The notes: generated from the letters alone by a model not told the origin. Positions 1 to 12,424 are shown, numbered from the stretch's first letter. The stretch is 64,000 nt of DNA from Octopus vulgaris (GCA_951406725.2 OX597815.1:144770001-144834000), one strand, 5' to 3'. Numbers and translations are program-made.

Positions 1-1060
1 GGGCAGTCAATAGTATCTCCCTATTTCATTTATATATATATATATATCATCATCATCGTTTAACGTCCGTTTTCCATGCTGGCATGGGTTGGACGGTTTG
101 ACTAGGGACTGGCAAGCTAGGAGGCCACACCAGGCTCCAATCCGATCTAGTAATGTTTCTAAAGCTGAATGCCCTTCCTAACACCAACTACTCTGAGGGG
201 TCTGCTATCGACTACGTTCGATGGACTTCTTTCAGTTTCCGTCTACCAAATCCACTCACAAGGCTTTAGTTAACCCGTGGTTATGGCAAAAGGCACTTGG
301 CCAAGGTGCCACGCAGTGGAACTGAACCTGGAACCATGTGGTTGGGAAGCAAGCTTCTTACCACATAGCCACGCCTGTAGAAGTATAACAAATTTATTGC
401 TGATAAATTTTAACAAAATCTTGTATGGATCCCCACGGGCCGTATAAACCTGGGTTGAGAACCTCCGGCCCAGCACAACCCTATGATCAAAGGTACTCTA
501 CTCATGACAAACCTGTTCATTTTTGTTGTTTTATACAATGTATGTTCGATTGTGAGTTAAGGAAAATTTTGCTGTTATTTCTAAATCTCAAAACCAGATA
601 ACAGCACCATAATTAACCCAGTTTTTAGCTCCAGATCAGTCCCCAGTTAACAGGACATTACAGCCATGACTATTACCTGTCTAGGACTACATTATTTTTT
701 CTAGCCAAAGTGTCCTTTCCTTTCCCTGATGAGGGAGACTTGGATGTTATTTCTAGAGTGAACTGTAGATGAGACGTGTAAACTATTACCCACAGGACTT
801 TCTGATAGACACAACTAAAAGAATTTTCTTTTTTTTAAAATAGTATGGGTCACCTGGTAATGAGCCATGTTTCATGTTACCTGGTTCTCAAAAGAGGTTA
901 CCTATCCCTGGTACTTGATTATTGTCTATCCCCAGATCAACCTTACTAAGCCTGCTTGATAAGGTTACCAATTTAGTTGCCAATGACCCAACTATGCAAT
1001 AGGCTGGCACCAGATTACATCTTACCAGTAGCACTTAGAATGATCTGATATATTCTAATG

Positions 1061-1530
1061 CTGTGGTTCTCAACCATTTTTACCTGAGTCCTTTTCGTTC
1101 CAATTTCACTCAGATCCTCACAGCCATTCATTGCTTAAAAAAGAAAATCATATTACATTTTTATAATTAAAGCATCATCATCACTTAACATCCACTTTCC
1201 ATGCTGGCATGGATTGGACGGCTTGACTGAGGACTGGCAAGCCAAGAGGCTGCACCAGGCTCCACTCTGATCTGGCAAGATTTCTACAGCTGGACGTCCT
1301 TCCTAACACCAACTACTCCGAGAGTGTAGTTAGTGCTTTTTACGTGCCACTGGCATGGGTGCCAGTCAGGTGGCACTGGCATTGGCTATGACTACGATTT
1401 CACTTGACTCAACAGGTCTTCTCCTTATTAGGAATTGTATGAAAAAAATTTAATATTTTGTGTATTGTAACCAATTTATTGTGCATAAATTTTAACAAAA
1501 TTTCATATGGACCCCAGTTGAGAACCATTG
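1061..1530. mobile_element. hAT-like MITE with an internal RTE 3'-end insertion
   Basis: Terminal inverted repeats CTGTGGTTCTCAAC / GTTGAGAACCATTG. 8-bp TSD ttctaatg / ctctaatg. Confidence 0.7.
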
Positions 1531-2215
1531 CTCTAATGTAACATCTGACAGTTACATTAGTAGGCTATTTCTTTCAGGCAAATTCATAAGTTGTTCAGAG
1601 AGCAGGACTGGTCTAAGCAAAGATTTTCCTCATTTTAAAAAGCTTCAGGCACAAGCATGCACTTGGTTTTTAATATTTTTCTTATGTATTGCATACTATA
1701 GCTGCCCACAACCAAGAGAGAGAAAACACTTTGAAAATTCCATAATTGAATGAGGGCATGTGTCATTGTGGGTGGTAAGCTCTGTGAACACCTGCTGCAA
1801 GAGATGCTCATCATTGTCTCACCTGTGGAAAAGAATGTAGGTTCTCAACAGGACTGAAAAGCTATATCTGTGCTGCTTGTCTTTAAGAGAATAGTTAAGC
1901 TATGACATTGCTTGAAAATCAGGTTGCAGTCATCATACACATACATGATGTGTGTGCATAAGAGAAAGAGAGACAGACAGAGAGAGGCTTCCACAGTTTC
2001 CATTGACTACTAAATTCTTCTTACAAGACGAATAGAGTTGTGCAGTGGGATTGAACTAGAAACCACATGACTGCGAAACTAACTTCTCTATCACATGGTC
2101 ATGTCTGCACACATTTAATACAACAGAACTGGAGACTAATGCTTATAAGCTCCTTCTGATCTGAGAGACCCTTAACAGCTTGAAAGATGCATTTGTAATA
2201 CAAATATAAATAGAT

Positions 2216-2683
2216 ATTTCTTTACTACCCACAAGGGGCTAAACACAGAGAGGACAAACAGATTAAGTCGATTATATCGACCCCAGTGTTTAACTGGTAC
2301 TTATTTAATCGATCCCGAAAGGACGAAAGGCAGAGTCGACCCCGGCAGAAATAGAACTCGGAACATAATGGCAGACGAAATACGGCTACACATTTCGCCC
2401 GGCATGCTAACGTTTCTGCCAGCTCGCCGCCTGTATATAAATATAAATTTATATAGGCGGCGAGCTGGCAGAAACGTTAGCGTGCCGGGCGAAATGCTTA
2501 GCGGTATTTCGTCTGCCGTTATGTTTGAATTCAAATTCCGCCAAGGTCGACTTTGCCTTTCATCCTTTCAGGGTCGATTAAATAAGTACAGTTACGCACT
2601 GGGGTCGATATGATTGACTTAATCCGTTTGTCTGTCCTTGTTCGTCCTCTCTGTGTTTAGCCCCTTGTGGGTAGTAAAGGAAT
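2216..2683. mobile_element. Head-to-head inverted pair of tRNA-derived SINEs (family B)
   Basis: 2216-2432 is the diverged reverse complement of 2455-2683, with a 22-nt AT spacer. Other family B copies lie at about 6419-6590, 20470-20630 and 57390-57540. Confidence 0.85.
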
Positions 2684-3292
2684 ATGTATATAAATATAAA
2701 TATCAACACATGAATAGATTAGATACATGTCTATCCTGTGTATGGAAGTGAGGCATGGCCTGTAACATCAGGTGCTTGGAGAGCCATGAAATGTGGTTCT
2801 TAAGAACATTGAGAATAGCTTCAATAGACAAAGTGTTTAATGAGGAAGTGATTAACCAGGCTGTAATAAATAGGAAGCTTTGTGAGATAAGGGTTGAGAG
2901 AGGAGGAAAAAGAGCTCGGCAAATTTAGAGATGACAGAAAAGACTAAAGAGAAAAGAAGTAGAGGAAGAAGGATGATATGGATGTCAAGCTTGACAAACT
3001 GATTGGAATTGGAAGAGGCATTAAACATTAGGAAGTGGAACTGTTACAGAAAACAAAGAGTATTCTGGCAGGACATGATTGCTTATGTTCTACATTTTGG
3101 ACATGGCATCTAAAGGAGATACGCAATACACATGTCATTGAAAGCATGAAATAGGGAGTGGGAAAACAGTTAACAACTGACAAGGAGTTATCTTCTTTTC
3201 GTATTTTATCCTCTACTTATCTCTCTGGGCGTTTACATAGTTTTCACTCCTTGGTGATGTCTTGTACTTAATGTGTATTTTTATATTTTACA

Positions 3293-3912
3293 CTAGCAGT
3301 ATCGCCCGGCGTTGCTCGGGTTTGTAAGGGAAATAACTATATAAGCATTTTTAGAGAGTTATAGCCAAAAAATAGCAAAAAATGCATTAAAAATGGAAAA
3401 AATATGATGGTAAATTTTTTTAAATCGTTGACTCATCGTAGACATTTTTAGAGAGTTACTTCCCTTATATAATAGCGAAAAAATGCATTAAAATGGAAAA
3501 AAAACGATGGTAAATTTTTTTTAAATCGTAGACTCATGTAGACGCTTTCTTAGCCATTTCTGTTTTGGTGTCTTCAAGTCATGAAGTCGTTCTAAAAGAA
3601 CGCTGGTCTCCTTGACAACGCATTACGACGTTGATTTCCTTACACTCCCTTCCCCACAGGTGCAGGTGTGAGCGTGGACGCTAACTCCGCTGCCATCGAC
3701 ACACGAAAAATTATGCATTAAAATGGAATAAAAAATTATGTTAAATTATTTTTAAAATCGTAGACTCATGCTAATACTCAGACGGGCTCGATATGAATCA
3801 CAACTATAAGCTACCCGAATTTGGTTAAACTGCACCGCAAAATGTGGGAGTAGTTAGGAATCTAAATCGAAGGGGACAGACACTCACACAACTACAGTTT
3901 TATATATATAGA
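3293..3912 (-). mobile_element. Non-autonomous Helitron
   Basis: Minus strand begins TC and ends with a CCCGAGCAACGCCGGG hairpin followed by CTAG. Inserted between A and T with no TSD. Confidence 0.75.
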
Positions 3913-4019
3913 TATACATAGCGCAGTAGTGGTGAGATGTGACAGCAAAGAAAAGCATACATTCACTCTCTGCATGCAATTAGACTCGGAAAGTTCGTGA
4001 GGAACCCATTGACCCAATT

Positions 4020-4520
4020 TGCTGACTTTTCCGATAGCACACAGGTCTCAATGAATGGTTGAATGACCAAATCCAAGCTTCTCTGCTAGTTCCTCAACAG
4101 TTACGATGAGATTTTGTTCCACCAGGGTTTTCAGGATGTCCTTGTCGAGTTCTACAGATCTTTCATGATGAGGCTCGTCTTCTAGGCTGTAGTTTATGGC
4201 TCGGAATTTCTGGAACCACCATTGACACTGCCTTACGCTTATTGTCCAATCCCCATATACTGCATTAATATTTCTTGTACTTTCCGTTGCGTTGTTGTCT
4301 TGATGGAACTCATAAAGCAAAATATGCCAAATATGCTCCTTTGTTACTTCCAACATAGCTTTGAAAAAAATAGCTGTTAAAATCGAAATGCACTCTTCAA
4401 AACTTGCACTATGAATAAGGACAAGATAAAATTACTACCTGCTTTTATAGCAAGTTAATATAAGTAGTTTATCCCATTCCCCTCTGACTTTTAGTTCAAG
4501 CTGTTGAAAAAACCGCATTA
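4020..4520 (-). mobile_element. Mariner transposase 5' relic (HTH domain)
   Basis: ORF 4048-4356, HILLYEF...NINAVYG...QWWFQKFR...SLEDEP, is a Mos1/Hsmar1-type N-terminus. Truncated. Confidence 0.85.
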
Positions 4521-4749
4521 TTATATATATATACATACATATACACACACACTCTCTCTTTCACACACATGCACACATTTATATTCTGTTATTCTTTTAT
4601 ATGTTTCAGCCTTGAGGTTGTGGCCATGCTGGATCATGTGTGTGTGTCTATCTGTCTGTCTGTCTGTATGTATATATGTATATGTGTGAACAATAATATT
4701 TTCAACAGATGTGTTGCAAATGTATCTGATTGTTCTCAAGCTTCAATAC

Positions 4750-4761
4750 TGTGTGTGTGTA

Positions 4762-4794
<33 letters not shown>

Positions 4795-4886
4795 ATGTAT
4801 GTATGTATGTGTGTATGTATGTATGTGTGTGTGTGTGTATATATATGTGTGTGTGTATGTATGTATGTATGTATGTATGAGTGTAT
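4750..4886. repeat. (TG)n/(TATG)n compound microsatellite
   Basis: Visible directly in the sequence. Confidence 0.95.
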
Positions 4887-5419
4887 GTTTACTTTATTAC
4901 TAACACAAGCCACTACGGTTATTTAATGTAAAGTCTTCCTCAAATCACTCTCTTGCTATTTACTCTCTTCCAAGAACATTTTCACTCACTCTTATGTCTT
5001 AGCTTCCCATACATTTTACTCATGTATCTATCAGCGTCATAGAGAGAAACAAATATTACATCGCCATCGTCACCGCATTCTATTGTCTACCTGTCAACAC
5101 ACTGAATTACTTTCACTTTATTCGTAGCACACTGTGTGTGTGCGTTTGCGTGTGGTGTAAACCAGACTAAGAAAAGCATTTGACATACACACCAGAATGT
5201 GAGTTTTCTGTAAATTTTGCTTAATTGGAGTTTAAATTTTAAAAACTGGACCTGGCATGACCCGATGCATTCTACTCTTAAAAATACTAGGTAAATTGTA
5301 ATTGAAGAAATCCTATATTGTAGATTTCTATAAGTTACAAAGGGAGGCAGATAAAATCTGCCTTTTATAATAAGAGATACATATATATCTATTGGGCCTC
5401 GTACATCCATATATATCCA

Positions 5420-6092
5420 CTGGGCCTCACCAAGGCGATGACAAGTGACAGAGACCTTTGGAAATATGTGTGCATGAAAAGACTCGGAAACCCAAGTGAG
5501 ACTGTAACCGTGGCCTATGCCAGTGCAGCCTAACCAGCACATTTAAGAGTACCCTGCAATTATTGGGCAATAAACTGCTCTTGCGAAAACCTGTTGAGGC
5601 AAGTGAAGTCATCGTAGCTGATGATAGTACCGCATGCTTGGCACCAGTGCCGGTGGCATGTAAAAAGCACCATTCAAGCCTGGTCGATGCCAGCGCCACT
5701 GACTGGCTCCCATGCCTGTGGTGTGTAAAAAGCACCATCCAAGCGTGGTTGGTGCCAGTGCCGCCTGACTGGCTCCTATGCCAGTGGCATATAAAAAGCA
5801 CCATCCGAGAGTGGTCATTGCCAGTGCCACCGGACTGGCTCCCGTGCTGGTGGCATGTAAAAAGCACCATTCAAGTGTGGTCTATCTGAGTGCCGCCTGA
5901 CTGGCTCCTGTGCTGGTGGCACATAAAAAGCACCAACTACACTCTCGAAGTGGTTGGCATTAGGAAGAGCACACATATGTAGAAACTTTGCCAGATCATA
6001 TTGGAGCCTGGAGCAGCTTCCTGGCTCTCCAGACCTCTCAAACGACCCAACCCATGCCAGCATGGAAAGCGGATGTTAAACAACAATGATGA
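5420..6092 (+). mobile_element. RTE LINE 3' end with five ~66-bp tandem units and a GAT tail
   Basis: Matches the 3' part of the LINE at 45285-47133. AAAAAGCACC recurs at 5662, 5727, 5793, 5859 and 5925. Confidence 0.8.
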
Positions 6093-6969
6093 TACTTACT
6101 CAGATGGCTTCAACATGTGACACATTGCTAATATATTTGACACGGGAACATGGTTCTATGCAGAAACCATCAAGATGGTTTGCTGTTGATTTAAAGTAAG
6201 TTTAGTGCTTCACAACCATGTTACTCTTTTTCTCTTCCTCTCTCCTTATACGATCTTCAACAGGTATCCAATGAGGGATACCCAACCTGCTAGAAACTAT
6301 ACCAAATTATACTCTGCTGTTTTTGCAGCAAATGCCAGTCATGACGGGATGGAAACCCCAATGGCTCTCAACAAAACCAACAAAAAAAAAAAAAATGACT
6401 CTCAAAAGAAAAACAAAAGGCGACAAGCTGGCAGAATCATTAGCACACTGGACAGAACGCTTAGCAGTATTTCACCCGTCGCTACGTTCTAAGTTTGAAT
6501 TCCCCTGAGGTTGACTTTGCCTTTCATCCTTTTGGGGCGGGGGGGGGGTCAATAAATTAAGTACCAGTTGAGTACTGGAGGTTGATGTAATCAACCCACC
6601 CACCCACCCCTGCCAACCAAATTTCAAGTTGAGTCTTTAGTAGCAAGGGTTTATGGACCCTCTTTGGTTCCTTTTTTTACTCGGATAAACACCCCCATAG
6701 TCATTTGATACTTTATTTTATATTTTTACAATATCAGGAATTGTATGAGAAAATTGTTTAAGTATTTTGTATGAGGCCAGTTTAAACGCTAAAAGGTTAG
6801 AAAGAAAAATAACTTGAAATTTTTTTTTTTATATAAAATTAAGTTTATATATTAAAATAATTTCAGTGTTACAAAACAAAATTAAAATATTCATGTTTTC
6901 TTTAAAAATACAAAAAATGCTTTACAAATATAATTACATATTTTACACATTGATGGATTCTTGTAGTAT

Positions 6970-7059
6970 TTATGGTAAACCTCGTTCCATTATATTGGAT
7001 AATAACGTTTTATCTTTGAATGACCATTGTAAGTCTTGCTCGCTCAAACGTAGGGAGAT
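6970..7059 (-). CDS. CDC6: CDC6 last coding exon (ISLRLSEQDLQWSFKDKTLLSNIMERGLP*)
   Basis: TTTCAG acceptor and TAA stop at 6972-6970. The C-terminus KDK.L..NI...GLP matches human Cdc6. The ten exons sum to 1602 nt (533 aa plus stop). Confidence 0.94.
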   Translation of the reverse strand: MSLRLSEQDLQWSFKDKTLLSNIMERGLP

Positions 7060-7292
7060 CTGAAATCAAAAATCAAATCCAATTAAAACTTAACAAAATA
7101 GTATTTGATTAATTATTTTCTACATCCTAAAACTTCTATACAAGCTTAACAAAAGATTCCATTGATGAGGTTCCTGTTTTAAAGTGACCAAAATTTCACA
7201 TTAATTTATGTTCCAAACACCAGCTTGATAATGTCAAAATTATTTTAATAAATTCTTTGTAATTTTAAAAGTTAACTGATGCATCTGGCATT

Positions 7293-7786
7293 CATTATTT
7301 ACATTTGACGGATATTCATCCTCATCTTGTTTGTTGTTAACACATTTCAGTTGATATACCCTCCAGCCTTCACCAGGTGTCTTGGGGAAATTTCGAACCT
7401 CGGTTCTCATTCCTAAAGTATTTTTCGATGTTATTATTGTTATTATTCAGGTCACTGCTTGGAATAAAACTTGGAATCATGGGGTTAGTAGCCCACGCTC
7501 TTAACCACTACGCCATATGCCCATGAGCTTTTTTGACAGAGGGCGTAGTGGTTAAAAGCGTGGGCTACTAACTCCAAGATTCCAAGCAGTGACCTGAATA
7601 ATAACAGTAACAAAATCAACAAATACTTTAGGAATGAGTACCCAGATTCGAAATTTCCCCAAGACACCTGATGAAGGCTGGAAGGTATATCAACCGAAAC
7701 ATGTTAACAAAAAACAAGATGAGGACAAATATCTGTCAAATGTAAATAATGTACATAATTCCTCATCTCTTAAATATAGAACTGTA
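7293..7786. mobile_element. Inverted pair of tRNA-headed elements (family C) with hammerhead-like motif
   Basis: 7293-7514 is the reverse complement of 7542-7751. A-box GGCGTAGTGG head. CTGATGA-A-GGCTG..CAACC-GAAA at 7668-7699. Confidence 0.8.
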
Positions 7787-8796
7787 TTACCTGGCATTCA
7801 GTCAGTTGTAACAAATGTTCCAGCTGATCTGATCAACATAACAGCTTCCTCATAAAATTAACAGCAGGTGGCTTTGAAATACAGGTACAACTCATTTTTG
7901 CCAGTTGAGTGGACTAGGGTAACATTTAAAAGTGCCTTGCTTAAGGATAGAATGCAGTGTCAAGAATCGAACTCACAACCTCATCATGAGCAGAAAACTC
8001 TAACCACTAAGCCACATGCCATCACAACTGAAACAAAATGTATTTCAACAGAAATTTGCTGATAAAAAGGTTGAGACTGCGACCCACATAAGCCATGGTG
8101 AGATTTGAACCCAGAACACAAAAAATCAGGACAAACACCACAAGGTATCAAGTCCAATGTTCTAATTCCACCGCTCCACCATCTTGGACTGAGACTGTTT
8201 TATTGACCCCTAAAAAACCAGGAAAGGTAGAAATAAGGACACAGAGTCAGTCTACGACTATTTCATTAGAAATATACTTTTTACCATTTGCTTGTTTGTC
8301 ATTGGGCTGCAGCCATGCTGGAGCACAGCCTTAAAGAGTTGAACAAATCAACTCTCAATACACAATTTTTGTTAAGATTGCTTTACTTATATTTTATTAG
8401 TCTCTTATGCCAAACTGCTAAGTTACAGAAACCTAAACAAATGAACAGCAACTGTTAAATAAGAGTGGGTACAAACACAAAACCACACACACACACGTAC
8501 AACCACACACCACACACACATTACATGTAAATATTTGGTTGAAAAACCCCTTTGAATAAAAGTCAAAGGCAGCTAAAAAGGGAATTTTCAGCGGCAGCGG
8601 CACGTGCTCGCGCACACACACAGCGGTTTCACACCATTCCTATCCTCCAAATTTACTCATTAGGCATTCGTGGGCCTGGTCCAACAGAAAGACACTTGCC
8701 CAAGATGCCATAATGGGACTTAAGTGGAACCCACAAGGATGCAAAGCAAGATTCTAAACTACACAGCCAGAGAAAACAAATAATGGATATACTTAC

Positions 8797-8937
8797 TTTG
8801 GTCTTCCTTAAATCCTTGGCCTTTTTGGTTTGTATGATCCCTTGTGATTCTAACAGACTAGAAATACATACAAATTCTGACTGACCAACAGCAGTGACGT
8901 TACATTGATGACACACCTTTTTGAAAACATCATGAAG
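8797..8937 (-). CDS. CDC6: CDC6 coding exon 9, winged-helix domain
   Basis: LHDVFKKVC...QSEFVCISSLLESQGII...KTK. 141 nt, phase 0-0. Confidence 0.95.
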
Positions 8938-10461
8938 CTGAAAGATAAAATAAAAATTATATAATATACATAAAACAGTATGTATATCATCGCATTTACA
9001 CAATGACACTAGTTTTTTTTTTGGAGGGGGGGGTATATATCTGAGCAACTCCTAGATGGAGACTACATTAAAAGCCCCTCACTCTGAAAAATGTCAGAGA
9101 ACGAAGAGACACTGGTGTTTGGCTTAGTTTTACCACTTCAGTGACAAGCAGCGTTGATCATTCAAAGCAAAGTTGGAATTTTTATTTGTATACAGAAATC
9201 AAACAAACAAAACACTGGCCAGAGTTAACACATGCCAGCCATGTGCGGGTGATCATTCAACGTCCATTTCCCATGCTGGCATGGGTTGGACAGTTTGACA
9301 GGAGCTGGTAAGTCCACACCAGCCTCCACTGTGTTTACGCATGGTTTCTAGTTGGATGCTCTTCCTAATGCCAACCATTTTACAGAGGTAATGGGTGATT
9401 TTTATGTGACACTAGCACTTTTTACATGGCACCAGCACATTTTGTGGCAATACATACATACATTTATACATAGAGAGAAGTGGGGGAGGTACAGCTGTGT
9501 GGTTAACTTTGGTTCTTACATTGTCTTGAGCTCAAACTCACTGTGGCATACATTGGACAAGCATCTTCTGTCATAACTCTGATTTGTCAACTACCTCTTC
9601 AGTGGATTTAGCAGACAGAAACTAAAAGAAGCCTGCTGTCTCATCATAATCGTTTAACCTCCGCTTTCCTTGCTGGCATGGGTTGGACAGTTTGACTGAG
9701 GACTGGTGAGCCAGATAGCTGCACCAGGCTCAATCTGATCTAGCAAAGTTTCTACAGCTGGATGCCCTTCCTAACGCCAACCATTCTGAGAGTGTAGTGG
9801 GTGTTTACGTACCACTGGTATGAGTGCCAGTCAGGCGATTCTGGCAACGACCACGCTCAAAAGGTGTTTTTTATGTGCTACCTGCATGGGAGCCAGTCCA
9901 GCGGCACTGGCAACGACCACGCTTAAATGTTGATTTTCGAGTGCCACTCAGGTGGTACCGTCATCGGGCCACGTCAGCGATTTTGATTTGTTTACACTTG
10001 CCTCAATAGGTCTTCACAAGCAAAGTGCAAGGATGCAAGCTGACAGAATCATTGCCAGACGAAATGAAATGCATAGTGGCAATTTTGTCAATTTTTACAT
10101 TCCGAGTTCAAATGCTGCTGGGGGTCAACTTTACCTCTCATCCCTTAAATGGTCAATAAAGTAAGTACAATTGAATACTAAGGTCAACCCATCTGACTTA
10201 GCTACTCCTCGAAAATTGCCGGCCTTGCACATGCAAAAACGTGCCTGGCCATGGGGAAATATTTCCTTTCTTGGAAATAACAGCTGACAATAGGAAGGAT
10301 ACCTGCCTGTAGGGAATCCACCCCATGCAAACATGGAAAAAGAAGACGTTAAAACAACAATTTTGATGACTACTGCAAGATCAGAACCATCACCGATATA
10401 CTGGAATAATGCCATAACTCTTGGATAACAAATACCAAACAACAATAAGATAAACTCTTAC

Positions 10462-10670
10462 ATTTCCAAGTTCTACTTCTTTTGCACCTTTACCATGTTT
10501 CACCATTAAGAAAATGGAACATATAGCAATTTTCTGTTGAATTGGAACACTAGACATCTCTTCTGTAGAATTCACAATCGGTAATCCATAGACTTCAGTC
10601 ATTATTTTAGAAATGTGGGATATGGTTATTTTCTTAGAACATTCAGTTTTGCCATTGGTTGTCTTGGAAC
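10462..10670 (-). CDS. CDC6: CDC6 coding exon 8
   Basis: ITISHISKIMTEVYG...VPIQQKIAICSIFLM matches the start of the Cdc6 winged-helix domain. 209 nt, phase 1-0. Confidence 0.93.
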
Positions 10671-11317
10671 CTGTACAAAAAAGGATAAATCACAATTGTT
10701 GTTATCAGATTTTACCAAACCAAGTAAGATTTGGCTATCGTGTTAAAAAACAATATGTGCAGGCCTAGCTGGACGGTTAAGAAGCTTATATTCTAACTAT
10801 GAGGTATTCGGTTCAATCCAACTGCACAGCACCTTGGGTCAAGTGATTTCTACTTATAACTCTGGGCCAACAAGAGCTTTGTGACTATATCTAGTAGACA
10901 GGAATTGAAATAAGCCTGTCATATACATGTGTGTGTGTATACATGTGTATACCCTTGTCTTGATATTGTAAACAAGCAGCACCATCTTAGTGTTGTTGTT
11001 CATTTCATCTATGAAAAAACACATCTGGGAACAGGCGAGGGTTGGTGACAGGAATGGTATCTAGCCATAGGAAACCTGTCTCAAACTGTTTGACCAAGGC
11101 AAGCATGGAAAAGTGGACATTAAAACAATGATGCTGGTCAATCATAAGCTATATTTGAAGCCATTAGCCCAAGGTACCATACAGTGAGACTAAACCTGCA
11201 ACTGCATCCTTAAGAGAAATAGTAAAGCCAAAACAAACTCGTTAAGTTTTGGTCTACATCAAAATCCTGCCAGAGGAGTCAACCATTCACATATCAAAGT
11301 TCAAAAAAGCTAAGTTA

Positions 11318-11841
11318 TGGGGGCAAGTCAGAAGGTAATGCCATTTTGTTTAAGACAGGTATAATTACCAACACAGGAACATGTATCATACATCAAAATG
11401 AAGCTGGTGCTCTGTGGATCACATCCCTACTTCGCAACATAGTCACCGTTTCTCTCAATAGCAATGTTCCACTTTCGAATGAGAGTATATATCCGTAAGA
11501 TTCTCTTGACTGTTCTTTGAGCCACTAGTTTTCACTTCCTAGTGACTGGACTATCATCTCTTCGGCCCCATGAAAAAGGATTGGAGAGGCAAACATTACT
11601 CCAGTGACGAGGAAATGAAAACTGTATTGAGGAAGTGGCTCAAAAAACAGAATTTGATAGGGCAGGGATACATGCTCTCATTCAAAGGTGGAACATTGCT
11701 ATTGAGAGAAATGGTGACTATGTTGAGAAGTAGGGATGTGATCCACAGAGGACCAGCTTCATTTTGATGTATGATACATATTCCTGTGTTGGTAATTATA
11801 CCTGTCCTAAACAAAATGGCATTACTTTTAACTCACCCTTA
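11318..11841. mobile_element. Mariner-derived foldback MITE made of two inverted 3' ends
   Basis: TA flanks. Long inverted arms each carry the transposase C-terminus (GIHALIQRWNIAIERNGDYVEK*). A partial copy lies at about 47930-48080. Confidence 0.85.
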
Positions 11842-11936
11842 TAGGAATAATATTCTGATATTCTATCAACTGACTATTTCTAGTCTCAAGTCTCGGTGAG
11901 ATCAATACTTTTATATAATTAAATGGCAAGTCCTAC

Positions 11937-12099
11937 CTGCTGACGATATTTGTTGGAATCGCATCTCAGTTTCCATTTGTTCAATGGCTCTTCGGCAAAT
12001 ATCAAGGGCTTTCCGCATATCTCCTGCCATAGAAGCTACTTTACGAGCACAAAACTGTATAGCACTTGGTTCAAACACGTAGCCACAATTTAATTTCAA
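11937..12099 (-). CDS. CDC6: CDC6 coding exon 7, sensor 2 / lid
   Basis: AIQFCARKVASMAGDMRKALDICRRAIE. 163 nt, phase 0-1. Confidence 0.95.
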
Positions 12100-12209
12100 C
12101 TTCAAAGGGGGAGAAAAAAAGAAAAATTGGTCTATCATTTGAAAAAACACAATATTTGAATATTAATATCATTTGGAAAAATACATTAATATTTGAATAT
12201 TAATATTAA

Positions 12210-12424
12210 CCCTATCGTTACTGTATTTATTTTCAAATGCTCTGTGTTTCTTTCAATTACTTTAAATATAACAAAGAATTTAGTAAAATAACTTCGTTAT
12301 CATTCAGCTAGTGTTAGGAATATAAATTGTGACTAAAGTTTGGTGGAAGATTTTAATTCAAAACTTATGAAAACAAGACATTTGTATTACAGAGCCAGTT
12401 TCAGCCAGGTTGGTAACAAAAGAG
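12210..12424. mobile_element. piggyBac-like MITE (family 1)
   Basis: TTAA flanks, CCCTATCGTTAC...GTAACAAAAGAG termini. Near-identical to 17669-17888 and 18542-18755. Confidence 0.7.

Noticed and set aside
2301-2613. Two similar antiparallel ORFs (77 and 81 aa)
   Set aside because: An artefact of the SINE palindrome, not a duplicated gene.
4048-4356. SETMAR-like or domesticated transposase gene
   Set aside because: Truncated HTH only, with no catalytic or SET domain and no splice context.
4504-4926. Overlapping ORFs rich in C/V/Y/M
   Set aside because: These are translations of TG/TATG microsatellites.
5645-5935. CRISPR-like regularly spaced repeats
   Set aside because: The whole ~66-bp unit is repeated, so there are no unique spacers. 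It belongs to a LINE 3' UTR in a eukaryotic genome with no cas genes.
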